A DNA stretch of 64,000 nt. Origin: Antedon mediterranea. Its lineage: Eukaryota; Animalia; Echinodermata. The notes below the pieces were generated by a model, which was not told the origin of the DNA, did not search any database, and saw only the letters and a list, made by a program, of their open reading frames with translations. A program made the translations under genes and the position numbers. The stretch spans positions 20,106,871 to 20,170,870 of the forward strand of contig NC_092676.1 in NCBI RefSeq assembly GCF_964355755.1, written 5' to 3'. Below, piece by piece: positions 38,301 through 52,304 of this stretch. Each line of letters begins with the position of its first letter. Position 1 is the first letter of the stretch.

Positions 38301-41300
38301 AATGTCCCAGTGAGCAGTGATACACACTCTTGTTCCTTAATGTTTCAGGATCCAAATCGGTTTATTAGGTACTCGTTCTGAAAATGTGTAAACTATTTAA
38401 TATCATATTTAAAGCTCTGTGAACACTATCAAAAAGTATATGCCCAAATATGGTAGTGATATGACATCATCATGTACATATAACTATGGGCACATCACAT
38501 TATTTTGTCACATAAACTTTGATAGTGTGAACAGAGCTTTACATACTTTTTTTCTTCCCACTGCTATGATCTTCAAAATTCTTTCAATTAAAAAGAAAAG
38601 GTAGATTCCACCTAGAATTGTCATGTTCTTCCAAACAAACATTTGACCTTCTGTGTCCACCGTCATCCCATGGGCCTATAAAAGAATACGTTAATCATTG
38701 AATAAAACAGCGGTTATGCAAAGATTTGGAAGGATAGGATATTTTTACTTATTTCAGAAGGTGTGACATATATAGTGCAATAGACAGATACAATAACTAA
38801 ATACAGAAGAATCAGTAACTGAAGAAAAACAAAAACACAACCAAAGAGGAGATAATTATGTACTGAAATTGTTTGTTTATTAAGGCCACCAACAGAATTT
38901 TAATTTGAAAAAACAATCAAACACAGCTGTAACTTAAGTTAGTTACACCTGAGCTTGATTGTTGTTTCAAATCAAAAATTGATGAAGCAAGGCAATCTAA
39001 CAACAGCATGCTGAGCTCCGGAGATCAAAGGGTTTATCTTTTGCTGCAGCACGATCAGTTCCAGACACCGTGTGTACAGTATTGTATTTGTTGCACATAG
39101 ACAAAGGACTGTTACGAGTTCCTATCTTGGCAAGACGTGCTCATTGTCCTGTTGTTAGATTAACTTGGTTAAAGACAACATTTAACATATTTAATAAAAT
39201 TATAATTGTACCACAATTTTACCCACCTCTGGTATAAGGCTTAAAACAGCATTCGCAGCTAAGGTACCCACAGCTAAACACACTAGAAACATTAACACCT
39301 TTTTATAAAGTCTTTTGTTCATTAATGGAACAACGCATATACCAAGTACAGCACCAACGTTTATTATCGTAACAAACAGAAATCCAAAGCCCCATACTGT
39401 TGACAAAAAGCAATATAATTGATATAACTCTTAATCAAATTTCTCTTTAAAGATGTATTGTCCTCCAAAAGCATGAAAAATAAGATTAATAAGAAAAGAC
39501 TTTGAATAGGTCAACGGGAACTATACATTTTGTATGTTTATGCAATTAAAATTATTATAATAATTTTATAAAATAATTTTACTATATAAAATAAATAATA
39601 TTATTACAGTGCAGGTACAAAGAGTAGTAGAACTACTCTTTTGGGCACCCTATTATTAAATTTTGTTAGGTCTCGAAAGTGTCATACTAGTCTACAACCA
39701 GTAGGCCCTAGTATCGCCTGATAGTGTCTTATAATATAAAATATTATCAAGTAAATGGTAACATTATATTTAATGTTATTGTGGAATTTAATTGTACGTT
39801 TTATACATTTTTAATGTAAAAAACTGTCAAAATACTGATTAGGTTTATTGCAAAACTGAAGATGGCCCTCTGTGATAAGTGATATTTTATTGTTGTTGAT
39901 GCATTGTGACGAATGAAAACAAAAAATGATTTTAACTTGTTTCTGGAAAGAAAAAAATATATATAAGTTAAATTTACCACTAAATCACTTTACATCATTT
40001 TATATCATAAAACCCTACCTGACGTACAATAGTATTCATTTATTGGTGGTCAAACTTACACAGTAAAATATTTACATGGTTTGAAATTATTTATAGTTAA
40101 AAATTCACATAAAAATATAAAAATGAGTTAAAAAGGTTAAAATTTGGTAAAACACGTCATTTAAAATATGTATGACCGCTTAATAGGGATTCTGCATTAA
40201 TCAGTGAATTATTTAAAATCATAGTTACTATATCCTTTTCATTTGGCAAAGTTATGACAGATAATTGTTTTGTAAACTGAATATGAAACAATTAAAAAAA
40301 ATTATTTATGGAATTTTAATTTGGAGTATAGTAGTTATTGACATTTTTACGATGGAATGTACATATCAATCAATTTAATTAAATAATTCAAAATTAAATT
40401 AAAATAATTATTTACTTAAAAATGTAGAGTAGAACTACTTCTTTGGGACACACTCTATTATTTATGGCGACGCACTGTTGGGTCTTGAAAGTGTCCTATT
40501 AATAGGCTGGGGTCCTATTAATCATTTGAAATTAGCACTGCTGACTCTTATGGCAGCCCGTGCATTTAGTATCTGCCTCAGACGTATTGGCCCATGCCTT
40601 TCCTCTGGTCAAGATGTGCACTGGACGAGAGAAACCCTTGATCAATGATAGGACCAATCAAGGCGCTTTAAACAGTCCTGGCTTAGTTTCACCAATTATT
40701 TATATGATTGTGAAATTAATTGATATTGTCAAAAAAGTATGTATTGTAGATAGTTACCTTATTGTAAATGTGTGTGTACTATTAAAGTAAACTAGTGTTT
40801 TAGTTTGTCTTTGAATTATTATAAATATTATATTCTTAATGTTCTCTACTGAACCACTTCGAAAATCAATGAAAGTGTTATTCAGCATAAAGACAGAATA
40901 AATAATCAGCGAATCATTAAAAATTAAAATTATGCTTTACCTTTAGTGAACTTAAGTTACAATTGAATTAGGTAATTGTTTTGTAAACTGAATATGAAAC
41001 AATTTAATAAAAACAAATTATGGAATTGTATTTTGGAGTACAGTAGGTTATTGACATATTATACGATGGAATAACAATTTACATATTTATCCCTCATACA
41101 CCTGTTGTTCGCACACAAAGTATATGGAATTAATCTTGTAGGATTATTAAAGCTAAGAACGATATTTTTACCAAGGCCATCACAACAAAAAAATATAAAA
41201 ATGTTTGGTTATTATTGAAAAATGCAAACATCCAACAACACATAATCTTGTTTGTTTTAAGAATAACCACAAACACATTGATTTTTTCCGAATGAATTGA

Positions 41301-43213
41301 CAACAATTAGTCTTTAATAAACAAATATTGCTAATGAATAGAAGAATTATTAATTAATTATATACGTACTGTATACAGGTTTGGCATTCATCATTAACTG
41401 CAATCTAATTTAATAGAAAAATTTCAAAAGCGGGCATTGCGCATAATTTTGAGCCCACATTACGTTAGCTATGAATTAGCCCTAGAGCACGTAGGTTTGC
41501 CTTCTTTAAAGTCCCGTAGAGAACAAATACTTCTCAAGTTTGGTAAGAGTCTTTTAAAATCTACCAAATTTAGAAATATGTTACCAGCATATAAATCTGA
41601 TAGGCATTCAAGATCGTTAAGGAGCAATACTAGTTCAAAGTTGGATTCTTGCAGATGTCGTACTGAAAGATGTCTACTATTCCGCACTTAGCACGAATCC
41701 TTTAATGTATAATGTTTAGATCTACTATGATGTATTTTACTTCTCAGTTTATGATTGTAATCCAACCTTTTCAGCTCTTGCTGCTGGTTGGAATTTGATG
41801 TTTTTTATACCTTAATAAATAAATAAGTGTATTAGAATGAAAAGAAGACACTGTACTGTATGAATGAAGAATGAAAGCTTGAATGAATTAATAACAGATG
41901 AGAGAAATAGATGGATGATGAATATATTTTGCAAAGAATAAATTAAGAATAAAATGAATGAAGAATGAAATAAATGAAAATGAATGAAGACTGGATGAAT
42001 GAAGAATGAAATAAATGAAAATGAATGAAGACTGGATGAATGAAGACTGAAATAAATGAAAATGAATGAAGACTGGATGAATGAAGAATGAAATAAATGA
42101 AAATGAATGAAGACTGGATGAATGAAGAATGAAATAAATGAAAATGAATGAAGACTGGATGAATGAAGAATGAAATAAATGAAAATGAATGAAGACTGGA
42201 TGAATGAAGAATGAAATAAATTAAACTGAATGAAGACTGGATGAATGAAGACTGGATAAATGAAGAATGAAATAAATGAAAATGAATGAAGACTGGATGA
42301 ATGAAGAATGAAATAAATGAAAATGAATGAAGACTGGATAAATGAAGACTGGATGAAAAAATTGAAAGAAGAATGAAATAAATGAAAATAAATGAAGACT
42401 GGATGAATGAAGACTGGATAAATGAAGAATGAAATAAATGAAAATGAATGAAGACTGGATGAATGAAGACTGGATGAATGAAGAATGAAATAAATTAAAC
42501 TGAATGAAGACTGGATGAATGAAGACTGGATGAATGAAGACTGGATGAATAAAGAATGAAATAAATGAAAATGAATGAAGACTGGATGAATAAAGAATGA
42601 AATAAATGAAAATGAATGAAGACTGGATGAATGAAGAATGGATGAATGAAGAATGAAATAAATTAAACTGAATGAAGACTGGATGAATGAAGACTGGATG
42701 AATGAAGACTGGATGAATAAAGAATGAAATAAATGAAAATGAATGAAGACTGGATAAATGAAGACTGGATGAATGAAGAATGAAATAAATTAAACTGAAT
42801 GAAGACTGGATGAATGAAGACTGGATGAATGAAGAATGAAATAAATGAAAATGAATGAAGACTGGGTGGATGAGGAATGAAAGAATGAAAATGAATGAAG
42901 ACTGGAATGAATGAAGACTGGATGAATGAAAATAAATGAAAAATGGAAAGAACAAATAAAAATAAATGAAAAATGAAAATAATTGAAGAACAGAATAAAT
43001 AAAAATGACAAGTACAAAAATGAATAAATAAATGAATGAAGAATGGTTGAATGAAGAATAGATGAATGGAAATAAATGAATTAATAAACAGAGAATGAAT
43101 GGTTGGTATACTGAGATGCAGAGGAAGAAATATGTTCACATTTTATTGGTTAAGTGATGATGCTTATTACCTTCAAGGGCTGAGGGTCCTTCTGTTGTAG
43201 CATTGCCTGTCAT
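35370..43213 (-). CDS. SLC39A14: ZIP8/ZIP14-type metal transporter (SLC39A, LIV-1 family), paralogue 2, ~370 aa
   Basis: Seven phase-consistent exons: 43213-43171, 39396-39227, 38675-38547, 37398-37198, 36531-36303, 36067-35880, 35522-35370. Motifs [43 protein letters not shown]. Same exon structure as paralogue 1. Confidence 0.9.
37488..37865 (-). mobile_element. 5'-truncated LINE 3' fragment
   Basis: Minus strand reads [45 protein letters not shown], then AATAAA and a repeated tail (TATGTCTATGTCAA). Same broad group as the 28.2-kb fragment. Confidence 0.7.
38028..38287 (+). repeat. 16-17 bp minisatellite (CCCCTTAATAGAGATG)n within a MITE remnant
   Basis: About 13 copies, ending in the MITE-like terminus GGAGTTCTACTGTA. 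Confidence 0.9.
41378..41826 (+). mobile_element. 5'-truncated LINE 3' fragment
   Basis: [51 protein letters not shown]...CRTER, then an AATAAATAAATAA tail. Confidence 0.78.
41830..43100 (+). repeat. Compound GAAT-rich satellite (units of AAGACTGGATGAATG and AAGAATGAAATAAATGAAAATGAATG)
   Basis: Tandem array in intron 1 of paralogue 2. A shorter degenerate GAAT tract occupies the same intron of paralogue 1 (24960-25250). Confidence 0.9.
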
Positions 43214-45154
43214 ATTGAAATTCTTCTTGTTCGTCAATCAGTGGGTAGAGTTTATAATGGAAAAGGTATTATTGAGTCTGAATGTGTAGAGTTCTTTCCA
43301 CCAATTTCAGTGTTCTTATCTTAATTTTGCTTGCTGTAGGTCTATTGTTGCTGTTGCACTACCATTAATATATCTAATTATTAAAATTGTGTACTGCAGC
43401 TGTATAAAAGACAATGAGGTATTATTACAATATAATTCTAGGTCTACTACTCTGGAGTAGGCCATAGGAAAGACACAATTATAGAACCCACTTAATGAGA
43501 AAGACACATGAGTTTAAAACATATCTAGATAGTCAACCTACTGGTACTATTAGTCTGTAGTAGAAAGGGGTTCCTACTATAAGTAAACACGTCCGAAGTG
43601 AGCCTGGTGGGCTGCCACATACTAAATATTAATAAACGCCAGATTATACTACTATACAATTTATGTTTTGTGTGTAGGCCTACTGTAGTGTAGAATGTCT
43701 TTTCAGATATTTTTAACTTGATGATAGATAGGCCTACATCTGTCAATAAACATAATAATATTTTGTAATGTTATGGCAGATACTGTCCTGATGATAATAA
43801 AAGGCCTAGCTAGGCCTACAAAAATAAATGAATGTATTGTATAAAGGAGTAATAGAAATATACTCTAGGCCTAATATGATACAGAATACAGAAATTTATT
43901 GGTTCAAAAAGGAAATTCATTTCGTTGACAAGCGCAAACAATTAAATATAAAAAGTCACGAATACAAAAATACAAGTGTGATAAAAAGATCTTATAAAAA
44001 TACGAATAAACATCAAACATAGACAAAAATATAAAAATACTATATCGTAACATATAAAAAAATATATGATATTGATAGATCCAGGTCCTAACTAGCGGTT
44101 AATGATCGATCACCATCGGCTACTATTCGATTTAGTTAGGCCTAGCCTTTTAGTATGTAGCCTAACTATACTAATAACAGAGATAAACTAGCTAGTAAGG
44201 GCCTCTCTCGGATCATACGTGGCTAATGCACCACCGCCGGTTTCTGTGTTGTTTACTACTACGCACACATGCGTTTTGGTTTTTGTTTTGAGTATGAAAA
44301 CGCCACCATATCGCTGACGTCACAGCTATCATTTGAATAAAATTACTTTTGTTCTCTTTTGTTTCTCTTTTTGTAATAAAATATTTAATTAATTAATTCA
44401 TTTAAATTTGAATAAGTGTGCATAGAATAATTATCTGCTTTAATTTTAAAATTCAGATTGAATTATTTTCTATACATAATTTCAACTATCTGGTAGTTTT
44501 TCACGTTACGTTAATTATTAATTAGGCCATATAAATATTTTTGAATAGATAGCAAACAATTAAATTATTATTTAAATATCATTATTCATAATATATTAAC
44601 AAAACAGACAAAATACTTCTATCAAAACGTTTAGTAACAATATAGTTTATTATTTAAACACAAAGAAATAAATCAAATCAAATCAATATATATGAAATAG
44701 ACACATTTTAATCTTATAATTCTTTTTCATATCATCAATTTCGACACAACATTATTCTAAAAATAAACCAGTTATTTTAAAACAACGATGATTATGATCA
44801 CATGACTGAAATGATACTTAGATTTAATGATCTTATCGTTTTGAAAACCAACATAACGGTATTCAATAACGGAAAATAATGCCCAATAACGATATCAAGT
44901 AATCCGATAACGATAAACGTAGCCTACTATATCGGATAATGACGAATGTTTTAACACATGGTAGGCTACCTACAGTAACCCGTAACTACCACATGGTCAA
45001 CTTCCCGATCACGCGGGGCAATTATGAGTTTAGTGTTGTAGATGAAAATAGGCCTATTTATATCGTTACGACTAATCGGTTTCTATAAATGAAAAAATAA
45101 AAAATCTGACACGCCATTTCTAGGCAGTAGACAGCAACCAGCAGGTCATCGTAT

Positions 45155-47820
45155 TTAAGAGAATCTTGCAAGCAAAAGAACAATGGCGTTGGCAATCAAG
45201 GTGAAGAGACCAACACTAGGGCTGATGGCTCCAGATGCTGGGTTTTCCATGTCATTACAAAAATGATGATTGCAGCATTTGGTTGCAAACTTTTCGGGTG
45301 GATTACCTATAAACAAAACAAGCATTTTATTTTAAAATTTCATATCTAATAAACAACATACCTTTCAATTATTGCTTATTAGATTTAGCATATAATATAT
45401 ATTTCATATTATTTCAAGTAAAATCAAATACGGGTTTAATGTTGCCATATATATATTTCTAAGGGCTTCTTTCTACTAAAACATTTTAAAATAACGGTTT
45501 TCCGTGAATATCGGTTTTGTTTAAAAAAAAAAAAAAAATTGAACCTTATTTCAAGTAAAATCAAATACGGGTTTAATGTTGCCATATATATTTCTAAGGG
45601 CTTCTTTCTACTAAAACATTTTAAAATAACGGTATTCCGTGAATATCGGTTTTGTTTAAAAAAAAAAAGATCGCATTGAACCTAAAAATTGCTTCAAAAA
45701 AACCGTTTTTAAAGACCGGTATTTGACGATAGAAACCCGGAATAAATTGGAGTTTTTAAAACAGTATTTAAATATCGGTTCTTTTTATGTGGACCCGTGA
45801 TTCTGTTGGCAAAATATACCGTTCTTTCAACCGGTATTTTAAATCTGCATTCTCTTGCTCAACAGAAATAGGCAATACACTTCAACATAATGGCCTGTTT
45901 CTGCTGAGAGATTAATACGGATTTAAATACCGTTGTTCTAAAATACGGTATTTTCTTGCCAAGTAGAAACGAGTCCACATAAAAGGAACCGATTCTGAAC
46001 ATGGTTTTTAAAAACCCACATCGATTCCATTACCGGATTTAAAAACTGCCTTGAGCAAATTTATAAGAAAAAACGTTCTTTTGGGGGTTTCAACATCAAC
46101 ATGCCCAACGTTATTATAGGAAGCTTTTGGTTTGTGACGGGACCGTCGATGATCAAAGTTCTTCAGTTAATTATTGTGCGCATACACGACATTAGAACGT
46201 TTTCTCTATCCATATTTCGGTATCCATATTTCGGTTTCTAGGTCCAGGCGACAGACCGACGACACTGACCTGTCGTTGTCGGTCCGTTGCGCACAACGAA
46301 AGCTCTCTAGTATTAACACGGCCGTCGGACGAATTGTAAATAATTTATAGTTACCGTCAATGGTAAGGTTTCTCCTCATGGCTTCTTCGTCATTGTATTC
46401 GAATATTCCGCTCATACACTCGTTGTTACATCTCCTTATAAAATAATGATTGCCCTCGTAACTCATTTTTGTTGCCTAAAAAAGAATCAATCATTAAAAT
46501 GTACCGTATTAATTGTTAATTAAAAATTAATTATCATACTTTGAATATGGCGATTTTGCAGTTTTAATAAATTAGTTACTTCAGAAAAAAAACCGAAAAT
46601 AATACTTATAAAAGGATGAAAAAAAAAACTAATTTAACCAAAACCATTGTCTGACAGACAATTTCACTGACAATTATTTGCTGTTGTGACATTAAAATGT
46701 TAAATGTAAATAATTTTTTCGGGGGAAAAATACATCTCTAAGATTTTATTATAACATTATCAACAAGTACAGTCAGTCCGACTTGAACGACCGCCGTTTA
46801 CGTTATCCAATAAAAAGTACTATTAAAAATACATGCCTATCTAAATCATAATACTACCCGAGAATTACTTGCGAATTTTTTTGCAAGTATTCTCAAATGT
46901 ACTTAGTTTGAAATACAAATTACGTCAGAGTAGGGAAAAACTCCCTGACGCAAAGCTACTCCACAGTAGTTTAATACAATTACAAACACCTTCGTCGCTA
47001 TAAACCCGTTAATGTTCAGCTTTCCTATAAAATTAAATACCATCCCGATAATATTTTGGATGAAAATTATAAATACTGTCACAAAAATGAAATAATAATT
47101 TATTCTAACACGTACTTCACAATATCCGCCTTCGCCTAGAGAACAGTTTTGTGATTTCTCTGGATGTCTGTGGCATTCAGAGTCGTCCAAACCATGACAA
47201 TGGTAACACAGCGGCTCTGGAATAAAGCAACTATCGGTAGTTAAAAATGTTACATGTTTTACAATAATCTCTACAATAAAGTTACTTTTTTTCTTCAAAG
47301 GGTTTATCTGTGGCTGCGACACGATCGGTTCCACGCCCTTAACAGACACCGCGCGCTAGAGAATAATGTATATAGTACAGCACTGTTGGTATTTGTTGCA
47401 GCCAGATATAAGATCAAAGGACTGTTACAAGTTCCTATCTTGGCAAGACAAGCTCATTGGCCTGTTGTTATGCTCTGTCTACACTACTAAACCTTATGTG
47501 ACAACAAAACGTGATGTGTCCATTGGACATGATGATGTCATATCACTACCATATTTGGGCATATCACTACCATATTTGGGCACATCACACTTTTTTTGTC
47601 AAATTAGTTTGATAGTGTAGACAGAGCTTAAGATTACCTTGATACAACCATGGACCAACATATCTATAGGCCCATGATGTAGGCCTAACGAATGATCTCT
47701 AACGCTTTTGTGGTACGTACCTCCTTTATATTCTTCTTCATGGCTGCTCTCTCCTCCTTCTGTGGGCTCCTGTGCAAATGCGACAACCGCAAGGGCAAGT
47801 ACGAATACAAACAGCTTCAT
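45155..47820 (-). CDS. GPI-anchored Ly6/uPAR (three-finger fold) protein, ~157 aa
   Basis: Phase-consistent exons 47820-47721, 47216-47116, 46475-46355, 45306-45155. Signal peptide MKLFVFVLALAVVAFA, 10-Cys LU domain from LCYHC to CCNHHFCN, then ASGA and a hydrophobic tail (VGLFTLIANAIVLLLARFS*). Confidence 0.85.
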
Positions 47821-48080
47821 CTTGTTGCTTATAGTTGCTTAACTATTCACGGAAAAAAAAAAATATGTGTAACTTTTGAACCCACATTCTAAGTAAAAAA
47901 TTGTCATAAAAAGATTTTTTTTAATGTAACGGCACGCCTTGGTGCAAGCCGCAATATAAGATAATATAAAAAGAATACTGTTACGTGCTAAAACAAAGAG
48001 TCTTTCAAAAAAGTTCTCCTTTAAAGCAATGCTACGGACTCATCCATTAATATAGTTTGATAATTAAAAATCGGACTTAC

Positions 48081-48155
48081 CAAAATTGTTTGATCCAATA
48101 GATGTCTTGACTACTGAGATAGTGAGCGGTGGTAACACACCCCTGCCTTTTATTG
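48081..48155 (-). promoter_or_regulatory. Putative core promoter and non-coding first exon of the Ly6 gene
   Basis: Minus strand AATAAAAG TATA-like box at ~48154-48147, Inr-like TCACT/TCAGT about 30-40 bp downstream, strong donor TG|GTAAGT at 48080. Confidence 0.45.
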
Positions 48156-51100
48156 TGCGAGATTCCGCAAGTCATCATCATATTCAACACCCTTTTATAC
48201 CAATATTTGTCTTAAAACTTCTTCTGTAGTTTCGTGTTTCCCTGGAAACACTGTTAAATAAGGTCTTTGGTCCAAAGCGGCTCAGATCTTGTTTTAGTAG
48301 TAAAAGTAGATTATGTAAACAGCGTTCCCGCATTTCCATTGGATACCGTAGTTTATTGTAGTATGATCATGACGTCAAAGGACAGAAGCAGGACAAAAAT
48401 ATGATGGGTGCAAACTTATTCTTAAAATAAATTTGCCACATGTGTCATATGCCTTGCTTTGGAGAGGCATGAAGTGACGGATCCATGATTTTGAAATAGG
48501 GTGGGGGGGGGGGGGGCTAAAATTTGTAGGTGCCAAACTGAATTTATTGTCCTTATCTTTTGCATTTCACAGGGCCGGCTGCAACCCCTCTCCCCCTTGA
48601 ATCCGCCTATGGCATGCAGGAGTCGAGAGGGAGGGAAAAAGGTGTCCACTCTGAGTGGGGTATGGAGTCCGGGCTTCATGCTATGTAACAAGCCAGAGAT
48701 ATGTAAATACAAGTACGAATGTATTCAGCTGATTGTTGTTATTTTGTAATTGTTTTCAGAAGATTATAGACCATGCTGTTGGATCGGAAAATGATGAACC
48801 TAAAAAAACCGCGTCAATGGTCAAAAAGGCACTTTATCACGTACAGTACGCCTAAAAATTATGTTTGGATTCATTTTATAATTTCGCTTTGTGGTATACT
48901 TAATCTCCGACACCCCCTACCCCATCTCACCCACTTACATTACCTATCGTACCTATTTTCCACCAGTCTTCCATCACACACGTCTTTAACCCGTACCACC
49001 ACGTCACATTATTTGTAGTCACCCATGAAAAAAATTCAAAAGCCAGAGGTAAAGGTCCGTTGCTGTTTTGGGTGTTTCCAAATCAATGGAAGGATTATAT
49101 TCAATATTATTATAAGGAGGCGAAGAAGGTTTGTGTATATTTACTTAATTAGGCATTGAGACACGAACTGGGTAACACTGATCTTACATAATAAAGAACT
49201 ACAATAGCTGACCTATAGCATATATTTTTCCCATAATACACAGTTGGTTATAAAGAGATATGCCTAGTCATTTTGACGTACATCTTAATATTTGTTACCA
49301 CTTTGGTTAGACTTGCCCCAAGTCTGTATTATCTTTTTTTTTTATTTATTTGTTTTTATTTCGACCGCGATTTTTGTCTGAAAATACAAAATCAAGTAGT
49401 ATACGTATGAAACGCCATATGTGCCAAAATATTTATCTTTTTACTAATATTAAGACAAAACTCCGTCTGGAACCCAGACTACACTTTGGTGATCCATCAC
49501 GTCGTGATTGGTTAAATTACTTGGGAACCAAATAGAAGTGTGATCGAGGTAACGTAGTCGGGAACCTCTGACTATAAAAACGTACGGACAAGCATAATTC
49601 TCCAAATAGTCGCATAAGAATGAAATGAGGCTCATTTTTGGCAGAACAACATCCCGAAAATGCTATAGACAATAATTATAACTGTAATACTTTTATTGAA
49701 GAAAAAGTTACTATCACCTATTCTCTTCTCCTTCTTTGTTTTTTTAAAGTGGTCTTTAAATGGAGGAAACTGTTGAGCTGGGTCAATTCAAACTGTGGTC
49801 TTTGTTCTCTAATTAGAGGGACTCTAAAATTGAAGAGAGTATAATGGTATAGGTTGTATATCGGTCTTTAATTGTAGCAGGGAAGAGTGAATCCCTGATT
49901 GGAGCGAGTCTTTATTGGAGGGAGACCTGTATATGTATTAACTAGTATTTTTCACACTAAAAGACAACTCAAATCATTATTATTATTAATTTATACATTT
50001 GGAAACTACAGTTGAACCTCGTTGAACCATACACCACCCTTAACGGCCGCACTTTCAAAAGGAAGCCAGTTTGTTCTTCTTATCTAATGAGTGCATTTGC
50101 ATTTTACCTCTCGTAACTTTTTTTTTTAAACTAAACATTAGATTTTTTGTATAATAAATTACCTCCCGTAAGCAGCTACCTACAAAATTTGTATTGACTT
50201 TTGAAAACAAAAATACAATTTTGATACTCATTGCGCTTTATATATTAGCTTTATTCGAAGCGGTTTTAAAAACATTTCTGTGGAGAACATTCCTGTGTTT
50301 TTCAGGTGAGATTAGAACACTACAGAGATTTTGATCGACCATTTATCATAATGATAAAAGCTTTTAAAATGTGTCTGAAAATCATAAATGATACCAAACC
50401 ACCTGATCATAAACAATAACATACACTTAGCTGGAGAATTTAGAGGTCCGTAGAACGCCGACAAATATCGTGCATAGCTGGTCATATAGGCCTAATACGT
50501 GATTTTGACCCTCTATCGGCAGAACCTCTCGTAAGCGATCACTTATAGTCCCATAAGCGACAACTTTTCCCGGTCCAACTGTATACATTATTAATATTCT
50601 AGCCCTAAATACAATTGATATTTTATTTCAATAAAGACATTAAAATAAAGATACTGAATTACGCTTCATTGTTTTTGACTATTCATAGTCTTAACTTGTG
50701 TAATTAGAAAGTAGGCCATATATCATGACATTTCTTCAGAATTATTTGGTTATTTTTATTGGTTTTTCCGAAGTTCAAATCTTTTGAATGACTAATGTCA
50801 TTTTGCGTATTTTAAGAAAAAAAGCATTTTTAGATTTCATATATTGCATAAGTAGAGTTACAAAACAAAGTTGATTGCGAAACAGCAATGACATCATTTA
50901 TATTTCACTGCAATCGTTCATTACGTGGGCTTTTACAAGTCCTATTCTTATACATGTAACTTCCACTACTACCTTCTCTCGGGTTTTAGTGAAAGTAACA
51001 TCAATGTGAACGGAAACGGTGAATAATACATGTAGGCCTAAATAGGCCTGCTAGTTTTAACAAAATAATTAGTCATTCGGAAAAAATGGCATGAAGAAAA

Positions 51101-51699
51101 ATGGGGATTTGTAGAGGCTAGATTGGGGGTGGGGGAGGGATGGGTTCAAGATTAAAGTTTCAAGATTCAATTTATTGTCACATAACATAACATACATGAA
51201 ATTTATTTTCCTGAGCTTAGAAACATAGATACAATACAATTTAAAACACAATATAAAAACGTAACACCTTAACTAATTATCTTGAATTAATGTACATTGT
51301 ATAGATGACAAGTATATAGAAAAAAAGAGTCTCTAAAATGGTTGGTTTTAACTTTGCATTACCGAATTCTACCATTAAAACAATACTATTTAGTGGATGA
51401 GTCACATCTTTTTATCCATCTATTATCCATTCTAATTTATTAAGAGCCGTTTTATCACAAAGATTACATATACTTTCAATTTCTACGCCAATTATTTTAC
51501 ATTATCAAGGTACTGTTTGGTTTTCATTATTATTACATTTTTATTATTATTGTTATTTTATTAGCATAATTGTAATGTGGTTTTAGTAAATTTGATTGTA
51601 GAACGCATATTCATATCGAGGTGTTCCACTGCTACAAAAGTGTGTTCAAATAAATTATTATTATTATTTTATTCGGAAACAAAGATTTCTAAGACCTAG

Positions 51700-52290
51700 T
51701 TAATAGGCCTCAGTTAAATGAAAAATCTTAAAACCATTATTCACCAAACGGTGAATAATACATGTAAATAGGGCCTACTAAGTTTAAAAAAAAAAAAGAC
51801 ATTCGGAAACCAAGAGTTCTAATAGACCTAATTATAGTTCAGTTAGAATAGTGGGAAGTTAAGTTAATAGGCCTATACAGTCAAATGAAAAATCTTAAAA
51901 ACCATTATTCACCAAAAGGTGAATAATACATGTAAATAGGGCCTACTAAGTTTAAAAAAAAAAAGACATTCGGAAACCAAGAGTTCTAATAGACCTAATT
52001 ATAGTTCAGTTAGAATAGTGGGAAGTTAAGTTAATAGGCCTATACAGTCAAATGAAAAATCTTAAAAACCATTATTCACCAAAAGGTGAATAATACATGT
52101 AAATAGGGCCTACTAAGTTAAAAAAAATTACACATTCAGAAACCAAGAGCTCTATTAGCCTCCTAAACTTTAAATAAAATAAATTCTTAGTTTTATTGTA
52201 TATTATTATATATATATATATATATAATATATTAAAATAAATAGACATTCGGAAACCAAGAGTTCTAATAGACCTAATTATAGTTTATTA
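51700..52290 (+). repeat. Tandem repeat, ~167 bp unit, about 3 copies
   Basis: AATGAAAAATCTTAAAAACCATTATTCACCAAAAGGTGAATAATACATG recurs at ~51717, 51883 and 52051. Confidence 0.85.
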
Positions 52291-52304
52291 TAGTTATATA
52301 ATAT

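Noticed and set aside
42221-43139. Hydrophobic Phe/Ile/His/Ser-rich ORFs
   Set aside because: Reverse-strand translation of the GAAT satellite.
35370-43213. Second ZIP gene as an uncollapsed haplotype
   Set aside because: Many amino-acid differences, indels and different intronic insertions look too extensive for alleles, though read depth would be decisive.
47638-47720. Extension of the first Ly6 coding exon to the donor at 47637
   Set aside because: It gives phase 0, which does not fit the CAG acceptor at 47217 (phase 1); the donor at 47720 fits.
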